Shown piece after piece: positions 1-7,277 of a stretch of DNA of 56,590 nt (positions are counted from its first letter, which is position 1; every line of letters begins with the position of its first letter). The notes under the pieces were generated by a model. The model did not search any database, was not told where the DNA came from, and saw only the letters and a program-made list of their open reading frames with translations. Source of the stretch: Cyclobacteriaceae bacterium (GTDB taxonomy: Bacteria; Bacteroidota; Bacteroidia; Cytophagales; Cyclobacteriaceae); the NCBI GenBank assembly GCA_043779775.1, contig JAYWDP010000395.1, forward strand, positions 1-56,590, written 5' to 3'. Made by a program: the position numbers and the translations under genes.

Positions 1-2
1 AC

Positions 3-674
3 CAAAATATAAGTGCTGTATTAAAAGAATTTGGAAGACCATGGATCGTTGGGTATAAACCTCTCTCGCATTATCAGGCGACAATGGAAGAGAAGGTAAA
101 TAGTTATATCAAACAAAACCAAAGTCTGGAAGTAATCTTTAACAAATTTGCAATGACCCCTTTTAAAGCAGGTATTAGCCATGACCTACACTATGATCAA
201 TTTATTGATGCTCCCCCCAAACCAAAAGGGGTAAAGGAGCCTGAGATAAACTACCGTGGACCAGTCAAACTCAATTACCTTGAAATTGAACAAAACAACA
301 GGTTAATTGGAAATTTCGGGGAAGAAGTAGTTTTGAATTATGAAAAGTGGCGCTTACTTCACGCCGGTAAAAATTCTCTATCAGACAAAATTGAATGGGT
401 GGCGCAAACTCAGGGTGATGGGTTGGGATTCGACATTCTATCCAAAAATGTCAATGGGACTGATCGTTACATTGAAGTTAAGACTACCAAGCTCGGAAAA
501 GATGCACCAATTTTCATTTCAAAAAATGAATACAATTTCTCTGTTAAAAATTCCAAAAGCTATTTTCTTTACAGATTATTTAATTTCAACAAAGTGCCTA
601 AGGCATTTATTGTAAATGGAAAGTTTGATGACTTTTGCAATTTAGAGGCCATTAAATTTAGAGGCAATTTTTAA
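3..674 (+). CDS. DUF3883 (NOV C-terminal-like) domain putative endonuclease, 5'-truncated by the window edge
   Basis: The frame is open from base 3 (QNISAVLKEFGRPWIVGYKPLSHYQ...). C-terminal motifs GNFGEEVV, GDGLGFDILS, IEVKTT and ISKNE are typical of DUF3883 PD-(D/E)xK-like domains. Confidence 0.8.
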   Translation, partial: QNISAVLKEFGRPWIVGYKPLSHYQATMEEKVNSYIKQNQSLEVIFNKFAMTPFKAGISHDLHYDQFIDAPPKPKGVKEPEINYRGPVKLNYLEIEQNNRLIGNFGEEVVLNYEKWRLLHAGKNSLSDKIEWVAQTQGDGLGFDILSKNVNGTDRYIEVKTTKLGKDAPIFISKNEYNFSVKNSKSYFLYRLFNFNKVPKAFIVNGKFDDFCNLEAIKFRGNF

Positions 675-694
675 GTGCTGGTATTAAATTACTT

Positions 695-1083
695 TCACCT
701 CTCCACAAACTCCTCCTCCCCAAACACCTTCATCGCCATTTCAATCTTATCCGTTATAAACCCATCCACCCCCATCCGCAAATAGGTTCGCATCGAGCTT
801 GCGCTATTAACAGTCCAGGCATAGACCAAAGTTGGTTTAATCTTCAGGTCGCTGTCGCGGAGCTGGATGGCAGATTTGATTTGGTTCAGATAAACGGGTA
901 AAGTGGTGGCAAGAAAGGGAAGACTGGTGCCGTTGGCATAGGTGTAATTCATTTTTATTCCCTGGAAAAAAATATCGGCATCCCCTGCGCTGCAGGCTCC
1001 GTCAATGCCCACACTTTCGTTCGCTGTGCCTGGCATAAAGCGCGAGAAGGCCTGTGGGCAATGAGGTAGAAGGGTCGGCACAT
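695..1083 (-). pseudogene. Internally deleted GDPD-like sphingomyelinase D / phospholipase D family gene
   Basis: ATG at 1083 reads MCRPFYLIAHR, an SMase D-type N-terminal catalytic His motif. It is joined out of frame to a C-terminal segment YANG...IKSAIQLRDS...VYAWTVN...MGVDGFITD ending at stop 695. Confidence 0.7.
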
Positions 1084-1088
1084 GGCAG

Positions 1089-2501
1089 TTAGCGGACCTG
1101 TATCCGGGCTTTCTCCTGCTGGCGGTAATTTTTGTACCCGGTCCAGTCAAACCCTTTCAAAAATATAGCTGCCGCCTCAGCCCCCTTGATGAACAATTGG
1201 ATCTTTTCTTTCTCGCTGAGGTTGAAATTGAGCCAGTTGAATGCCCGCACGTCGATGCGACCAATGCACTTTTTAAAAATGCTGTTTTTGATAAGGAAGT
1301 CGCGGTCGTAGTAATAGCGCACTGTGTTGAAGATGGCCCACAGGTAGCTGCCGAAGCCGGGAAAACTTTGTCTGGGCTTGGCGTCTTCGTCGTCGAGCAT
1401 GATGCCAAAGGTGGGTAGCCGTGCGATGTCAATGCTGGGGTTAAAAAATACATTGATGGGAAAATTGGAGAGCAGTCCGCCGTCTACCAGCATGGCTTTT
1501 TCAGGAATCTCTCCCTCATAACTTAGCATCTCTTTCCAATGGAGGACCACGTCCGGATCACGGGCTGGGATGTTGGAAATTTTCGCCGTCTCAAAAAAGA
1601 TGGGAATGGACATGGACGCACGCACAAACTCCGCAGGGTTTACGTGCCGGTAGTCTTTCCAATACAGACAGGCCATTCTTGGAAATTCTACTTTCACCTG
1701 CGTGGAAATCTCCGAGGCAATCAGGCAAACCTCGGGCTTCAGGTCGGAGAGGTCTTCAGTACGCGGCGACCGAATGTGAAGACCTACCGGTTTTTCATTA
1801 ATTATTACTTCCCAGTCGGCCACCGTCGTGATGCCACTTTGACCCAGAATCTTTGCAATCCAGTTTTTAAAAAAAGTGCCCGGATTGAGCCCCCAGCCTG
1901 TCTTATAAAAACGGTGCATCTGTACCCGCATGATTACTATCAGAAGAACTACCATCAGAATAAAAAGCAACGTGGCAATCATCATGCCTTTGAAAAGACC
2001 AGGGTGGGATGGAAATTTAAAATACAGGATGCCGCTGGTAAGTGCTAGCAAGATGGCCAGCACGATGATGGTGCGTATGATCAGGGAAAGAAACTTGACA
2101 AAACTTTTATGGGTCGTCATGATCCGAATCAGCCATCTCCACAACCAGAAACCGTCAACCAGATCAAACAGTTTGAGGTTGCCGAGGTGCTCCAGGATGG
2201 CCGTTGACTTCTCTTCATTTTTCTTGCCGGTGGCGCTGATCAGGATGGTGTTGATGGCTCCGGCGCTGGTGCCCGCCAGGTTAATAAACCGCACTCCCAT
2301 TTGTTCGAGCACATAGGTGTATCCCACGAGCGCGATGCCCAGCACCCCGCCACCTTCTTGTACGAGGTTGACATATTGATGACCTTCGCCGTCGAGAACG
2401 TCGGAGACAATAAACTCCTTTTTACCAGGTCCATATTCACTATGCAATCCCGCCAGAATTTTTTTAACGTCGGGGTGTTGGGTGAAGGCCGTGGGCTGCA
2501 T
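1089..2501 (-). CDS. Patatin-like phospholipase with two internal transmembrane segments
   Basis: Oxyanion motif EGGGVLG, nucleophile elbow GTSAG and catalytic DGG are present. Two long hydrophobic stretches at about aa 133-190. Confidence 0.9.
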   Translation of the reverse strand: MQPTAFTQHPDVKKILAGLHSEYGPGKKEFIVSDVLDGEGHQYVNLVQEGGGVLGIALVGYTYVLEQMGVRFINLAGTSAGAINTILISATGKKNEEKSTAILEHLGNLKLFDLVDGFWLWRWLIRIMTTHKSFVKFLSLIIRTIIVLAILLALTSGILYFKFPSHPGLFKGMMIATLLFILMVVLLIVIMRVQMHRFYKTGWGLNPGTFFKNWIAKILGQSGITTVADWEVIINEKPVGLHIRSPRTEDLSDLKPEVCLIASEISTQVKVEFPRMACLYWKDYRHVNPAEFVRASMSIPIFFETAKISNIPARDPDVVLHWKEMLSYEGEIPEKAMLVDGGLLSNFPINVFFNPSIDIARLPTFGIMLDDEDAKPRQSFPGFGSYLWAIFNTVRYYYDRDFLIKNSIFKKCIGRIDVRAFNWLNFNLSEKEKIQLFIKGAEAAAIFLKGFDWTGYKNYRQQEKARIQVR

Positions 2502-2547
2502 TTGATTTATTCAATAGAAATAAAATAGAGAGTTTCAAAAATAAAAA

Positions 2548-2575
2548 TTAGCCGCTGAGACGCAGAGGCGCTAAA
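2548..2575. repeat. REP-like element (TTAACCGCAGAGACGCAGAG family), single arm
   Basis: ttagccgctgagacgcagaggcgct resembles the copies at 11818, 11968 and 12409. Confidence 0.55.
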
Positions 2576-2586
2576 AAATCCTGGAT

Positions 2587-3378
2587 TTATTTTTTCCTCT
2601 TCAACACCACATTCTCCTCCACCACCCGCACCGTCCAGAAGTCATCAGACAAATTTTCTTCCAGCAGATAGTCATATGGCATGGTGAAATATCCTTCCTG
2701 GCCCCAGTCATCGCCCCAGCTGTTGCGCACGAGGAAGCGGCGTGCTTTGTCGTCATAACCGACGGCGAGGACAGCATGACCTCCCACCTGGGACTCAGAT
2801 TGCTTCGGCATGTTGAGCTTGCCTGTCTTGGCTACCGAGGCACTCTCAAAAGATTCATAGACGGTGAAGCCAAATACAAATGGATAGCCGTCGACAAGGC
2901 AGCCTTTCATTTGGTTCAGATTCCGCGTCACGCGGTGGTAGGAAAGGACCTGGTGATTGAGGGCTTCGGCATAGCAGGAGGCTGCGGGCTTGTCGGCAAA
3001 GCGGTTGATATCATAGATCCACATTTTTTCCGGGCACACGCCCTGCTTGTTGACGGATTTGATCCCATCGCGGATCATCGCACCGTTGTCGCTGTTGACA
3101 GAATGTTCAATCACGCGTTCATTGTAGTAGATGAACAGCCGCGATGGCATGAAGTCGAGGCTTTTGCGTTGCTTCAATAAACCGAACTCAAGGGCAGCGC
3201 CGATGGCATTGGCTGTACAACTTCCCAGTTGGCCCTGATCATAAACCGCAGGGCATTGTTTTTGTAAATCAATTTTCTCAGCAAGCTTCTTCTTCCCTGC
3301 AAGGGGTGCGGCGTACATCAGGTCGCGCTGATCGGGCAGATCAGGCAACCATCCAAAGCGAACAACGGTATGGGACAT
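2587..3378 (-). CDS. C1 (papain-like, xylellain-type) cysteine peptidase
   Basis: QGQLGSCTANA (catalytic Cys), GGHAV (His) and VRNSWG (Asn); N-terminal GWLPDLPDQRD. The likely start is ATG 3378 rather than 3429. No signal peptide. Confidence 0.92.
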   Translation of the reverse strand: MSHTVVRFGWLPDLPDQRDLMYAAPLAGKKKLAEKIDLQKQCPAVYDQGQLGSCTANAIGAALEFGLLKQRKSLDFMPSRLFIYYNERVIEHSVNSDNGAMIRDGIKSVNKQGVCPEKMWIYDINRFADKPAASCYAEALNHQVLSYHRVTRNLNQMKGCLVDGYPFVFGFTVYESFESASVAKTGKLNMPKQSESQVGGHAVLAVGYDDKARRFLVRNSWGDDWGQEGYFTMPYDYLLEENLSDDFWTVRVVEENVVLKRKK

Positions 3379-3463
3379 GGGCAAGATGTTCAGAGGTTTG
3401 ATAAATTTAACCGGTTCCTCCCAGACCATTTTTATATTCCATCAAAATTCTTACTTCCGTAAG

Positions 3464-3545
3464 TTTTTAATGAAGTGAGGCCGTTTTAATGAGAAGAATG
3501 GAACAGTATCTCTTTTTTCAAGACTAAAGCCTCACCCGTCAAAAA
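3464..3545. repeat. Long imperfect inverted repeat in a divergent intergenic region
   Basis: The arms tttttaatgaagtgaggc and gcctcacccgtcaaaaa are complementary, with partial inner pairing. Confidence 0.45.
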
Positions 3546-3614
3546 TGATTTTTTGAAGAGATCTGTTCAATCGATCAGGGAATTTGTTATTTGCGTGTAA
3601 AAATTAAGGAATAC

Positions 3615-4733
3615 ATGCCCTCCAAACTCACACTCTCCGTTCATGCCGGCTCCACAGGCGATCCGCAATATGGAGGACTGGTCAACCCGATTTACCCTTC
3701 TTCTGCCTATAATTACGAACATCTTGTGCGGTATCCGCGCTACTTCAATACACCCAACCAGGAAGCTGTAGTGAAGAAAGTAGCTGCTCTTGAAAATGCC
3801 GAAGACGGACTGGTCTTCAGCTCCGGAATGGCCGCCATCCTCACTTCGATGTTTGCCATGCTGCGGGCAGGTGACCACATCATTTTTCAAAATGACCTCT
3901 ACGGTGGAACCCACCACGCCGCCTTCCACGAACTCAACCGTTATGGCATTGACTTTACCATGGTGGACGCGGCCGATCCGAAAAATTTTGAAAAAGCCAT
4001 CCGCAAGGAAACCAAGGTGATTTACATTGAAACACCTTCCAATCCTTTATTGAAAATCACTGACCTCCTAGCGGTAAGTAAAATCGCCCGCAAGCATGGC
4101 CTGATCACCCTGATCGACAACACCTTTGCATCGCCTGTCAATCAAAATCCGATCGACTTCGGCATCGATGTTGTCTTGCACAGCGGCACGAAGTACATCG
4201 GCGGACACAGTGACATTTGTTGCGGTGTGATGGTGAGTTCGAAAAAACTGACGCAACAGATACTGGCAAGTGCCTCTCATTTTGGAGGAAGTCTGGATGC
4301 CCAAACGTGCTACCTGGTCGAGCGCAGTCTCAAAACAATGGTGCTGCGGGTGCGGCAGCAAAACAAAAATGCGATGGCGCTCGCGGAATTTCTGGATGCG
4401 GAATCAAAGATCGGGAAGGTCTATTACCCAGGTTTGAAAAAACATCCCGGTTATGCCATTGCCAAAAAGCAGATGACTGAAGGCTTCGGAGGCATGATGT
4501 CGTTTGAAGTGAAGGGCGACCCTGAAAAGTTTATCAAGAAACTGAAATACATCCGTAAGGCCATCAGCCTCGGAGGCGTGGAGTCGACGATTTGCTCTCC
4601 GATCAAGACCTCTCACTCAAAACTCACGGCTGCCGAGCGTGCAAAAGTTGGTATTTCGGACAAATTGGTGCGGTTTTCGGTGGGGATAGAAGAGGCGGAG
4701 GATTTGATTGCCGATATCGAGCAAGCGCTTTGA
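3615..4733 (+). CDS. Cys/Met metabolism PLP-dependent enzyme (cystathionine beta-lyase/gamma-synthase family)
   Basis: FSSGMAAI, YIETPSNP, IDNTFASP, HSGTKYIGGHSD (PLP Lys), ISLGGVES and RFSVGIE. ATG 3615 preferred. Confidence 0.92.
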   Translation: MPSKLTLSVHAGSTGDPQYGGLVNPIYPSSAYNYEHLVRYPRYFNTPNQEAVVKKVAALENAEDGLVFSSGMAAILTSMFAMLRAGDHIIFQNDLYGGTHHAAFHELNRYGIDFTMVDAADPKNFEKAIRKETKVIYIETPSNPLLKITDLLAVSKIARKHGLITLIDNTFASPVNQNPIDFGIDVVLHSGTKYIGGHSDICCGVMVSSKKLTQQILASASHFGGSLDAQTCYLVERSLKTMVLRVRQQNKNAMALAEFLDAESKIGKVYYPGLKKHPGYAIAKKQMTEGFGGMMSFEVKGDPEKFIKKLKYIRKAISLGGVESTICSPIKTSHSKLTAAERAKVGISDKLVRFSVGIEEAEDLIADIEQAL

Positions 4734-4734
4734 T

Positions 4735-4791
4735 AAGTGTTTAAGTTTAATAAGTGCTAAAGTTCACCAAACGACTTTAACACTTTAGCAC
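4735..4791. repeat. Short inverted tandem-repeat arms between convergent genes (possible bidirectional terminator)
   Basis: taagtgtttaagtttaataagtgctaaagtt is complementary to actttaacactttagcac. Confidence 0.45.
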
Positions 4792-5547
4792 CTATACACT
4801 TTTAGCAATATCCACGAAATCCCTCGCCTTCAAAGAAGCTCCTCCGACCAGTCCGCCATCCACATCCTCACAACTGAAAAGTTCTTTGGCGTTGTCAGGT
4901 TTTACGCTGCCACCATACAATATCGGGATCGACTGCGCAACCGTCTCTCCATACTTTGACGCCAACTGCTTACGGATTACGGCGTGCATGTCCTGGGCCT
5001 GTTGGGAGGTCGCTGTCTTCCCCGTACCGATCGCCCAGACCGGTTCGTAGGCAATCACTACTTTTTGCAAGGCTTCTGCTGACAAATGAAATAGGCTTTC
5101 TTCCACTTGCTGCCGTATGAGCGCTTCATGTGTTCCCTTCTCGCGGATCTCCAGGGGTTCACCACAGCAAAAAATTGGAATGAGACCGGCTGCTAAAGCT
5201 TTGTCCACTTTTTTGGCGAGCAATTTTCCATCTTCACCAAAATACTGTCGGCGCTCACTGTGTCCGATGATGACATACGGAATTCCCATGGACTTTAGCA
5301 TTCCCACCGATACTTCACCCGTGTAGGCACCGGCATCATGTTCGCTGCAGTTCTGCGCGCCGACCGCCACGGCAGAATTTCCAAGTTGCATTTTCGTGGG
5401 GAGCAAATAGGGAAACGGAACACACAATATCATTTTCACGTTGCCTTTCACCTCAGCGGCAAGGTTCATTACTTCGGACGTAAGCGTTTTGGCCTCATCG
5501 AGGGTCTTGTTCATTTTCCAGTTGCCGGCTACAATTTTGGTTCGCAT
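4792..5547 (-). CDS. tpiA: Triosephosphate isomerase
   Basis: AGNWKMN, IIGHSERR, AYEPVWAIGTG, YGGSVKP and GGLVGGASL. Confidence 0.99.
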   Translation of the reverse strand: MRTKIVAGNWKMNKTLDEAKTLTSEVMNLAAEVKGNVKMILCVPFPYLLPTKMQLGNSAVAVGAQNCSEHDAGAYTGEVSVGMLKSMGIPYVIIGHSERRQYFGEDGKLLAKKVDKALAAGLIPIFCCGEPLEIREKGTHEALIRQQVEESLFHLSAEALQKVVIAYEPVWAIGTGKTATSQQAQDMHAVIRKQLASKYGETVAQSIPILYGGSVKPDNAKELFSCEDVDGGLVGGASLKARDFVDIAKSV

Positions 5548-5765
5548 AGAATTCGTTGTTTGGGTAAATATTGAGTTCTTAATAGCTAATGATCTATTTC
5601 ATGCAAAGGCGCAAAAGAGCGCAAAGATAAATGCAAAAAACATTAATCATGTTTCCCCGGATGAGAATATGTTGTCTTTAACCCTCGTTCGACACCCCTC
5701 GAGATCAACTTAACAATTGATTCATTACTTCTTTAAACATTCAATCTCATCGGGATTTGGATTTA

Positions 5766-5840
5766 TTGACCCCAGCGGGGTCAAATGTTTATAGCATTTG
5801 CAATATGTTTCGGATTTGTGACCCCAGAGGGGTGAATATT
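5766..5840. repeat. Pair of GACCCCAGCGGGGTC REP-like hairpins
   Basis: ttgaccccagcggggtcaaa, plus a degenerate second copy tgaccccagaggggtgaa about 52 nt downstream. Confidence 0.6.
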
Positions 5841-5892
5841 TATTTTTTTGAATAATTGTGGTTTGAATAACATTACTAGAAAGGATTAAAGT

Positions 5893-6378
5893 TTATTTCG
5901 TTTCATACTTTAGAATATCCGTCGGCTTCTCCCGTGTGAGACGGAAACTTTTCACCGGACCTTTATAAGTAATGTGCACGATGTTGGATTGGTCGTCGTG
6001 GGTCTCCTGGATAACAGTATTTGTCACTTCAAGGTTCTTTATTTTTTTTACATTCTCAATTTCGAGGTAGCAGATGATGGCCAGGTCTTCAATCTCATGG
6101 GCGATGTAGTTGATTTTGGCAGCCTTGCCATCCAGTTTAAACCTGATCCGGTTTATGAGATAAGCGCTGACCAATTGGTCGGTGGTCATCCCATTTTTAG
6201 GTTCGAGCAGGTCGAGGGATTCCTGATTCAGTTGACGACGAATGGAAAGTTCCAGGTCATCGATGAAAATTCTCGATACGATTTGCAGGGCCCTGCTTTT
6301 TTCGTTGTACTCCACTTCGGTCACCGAGACATGCAGGGGGTGAAGGAAGAGAAATAAAAAATATTGGATGAGAAGCAT
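5893..6378 (-). CDS. DUF6702-family secreted protein
   Basis: Short hydrophobic leader followed by HPLHVSVTEVEYN, RIFIDDLE and DQSNIVH. A TACTTTTG box at 6385-6392 supports ATG 6378. Confidence 0.75.
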   Translation of the reverse strand: MLLIQYFLFLFLHPLHVSVTEVEYNEKSRALQIVSRIFIDDLELSIRRQLNQESLDLLEPKNGMTTDQLVSAYLINRIRFKLDGKAAKINYIAHEIEDLAIICYLEIENVKKIKNLEVTNTVIQETHDDQSNIVHITYKGPVKSFRLTREKPTDILKYETK

Positions 6379-6400
6379 GGGGGGCAAAAGTAATCAGGAA

Positions 6401-6630
6401 AATGTTAAGTGTTAAATGCTAAATGTTAAATGGGAATGTTGTAGCTGTCATGGTGAGCGGAGTCGAAGCATAGACAGCGGATTCGTTGGGGAATCTTTAT
6501 AAAAGAAATGAGTAAGGGCCCTTTGAAGAACGGCGGTGTCGCCCTTCGACTCCGCTCAGGGTGACATTGTTAACTGTAACCCATTAGAAACGCGCTACTT
6601 CAACATTCAGCATTGGACATTCAAGATTCT
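6401..6630. repeat. REPIN-like inverted pair (TGTCA..GAGCGGAGTCGAAG / CTTCGACTCCGCTCAG..TGACA) nested in heptamer repeat arms
   Basis: Arms at 6446-6468 and 6544-6566 are near-perfect reverse complements. They are flanked by (AATGTTA)n at 6401-6440 and complementary (ACATTCA)n at about 6601-6630. Confidence 0.75.
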
Positions 6631-6665
6631 GTATTCATCTTTGAGTGAATATTAACATCTCTAAA

Positions 6666-7247
6666 TTGTCAGAGTTCTCCCTCTACTTCATTCTGGGCAA
6701 AGACCACATCCTCGACTATACGAACGGCTATGATCACATTCTGTTTGTAGTGGCCCTCTGTGCTGTCTACATAGCCCGCGACTGGAAAAAAATTCTTATC
6801 CTGGTGACGGCATTCACCCTCGGTCATTCCATCACCCTGGCGTTGGCAACGATGTCTCTCATTTCGGTCAACGCAAAACTGATCGAGTTTCTCATACCGC
6901 TTACCATTTTTGTGACGGCCGTCTACAACCTGTTCCGGAAGGAAGACCTTCTCACGCAAAAGCCGGTACATGTCAACTACTTCTTCGCGCTCTTCTTCGG
7001 TCTCATCCATGGAATGGGCTTTTCAAACTATCTTCGTGCCCTTTTAGGGAAAGACGAAAGCATCATAACCCAACTGTTTGCCTTCAATATAGGCCTGGAG
7101 TACGGCCAGATAATAATCGTTGGGATATTTCTGACAGTTAGTTTTATTGCCATTGAGTGGACTCATGTGAGCCGACGGGACTGGAAAATGATCATCTCGT
7201 CAGCGATTGCTGGGATAGCTCTTATCCTTATGAAGGACCGATTTTAG
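6666..7247 (+). CDS. HupE/UreJ-family membrane protein (putative divalent-metal permease)
   Basis: GKDHI, GYDHILF, TAFTLGHSITL, FGLIHGMGF and FNIGLEYGQ. TTG 6666 is the probable start. Confidence 0.9.
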   Translation: MSEFSLYFILGKDHILDYTNGYDHILFVVALCAVYIARDWKKILILVTAFTLGHSITLALATMSLISVNAKLIEFLIPLTIFVTAVYNLFRKEDLLTQKPVHVNYFFALFFGLIHGMGFSNYLRALLGKDESIITQLFAFNIGLEYGQIIIVGIFLTVSFIAIEWTHVSRRDWKMIISSAIAGIALILMKDRF

Positions 7248-7277
7248 TATGTTTAATTCCGATCTATAATTTTAACT

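Noticed and set aside
1089-2501. Patatin as a CBASS CapV effector
   Set aside because: No CD-NTase or Cap2/Cap3 gene is adjacent within the window, so it cannot be called CBASS.
3430-3614. SAM riboswitch upstream of the Cys/Met enzyme
   Set aside because: No SAM-I or SAM-II consensus elements were recognised; only a generic inverted repeat.
5597-5713. GxxExxY gene remnant after a GCAAAG-type REP arm (DENMLS)
   Set aside because: The similarity is only a few residues, which is not enough to support the call.
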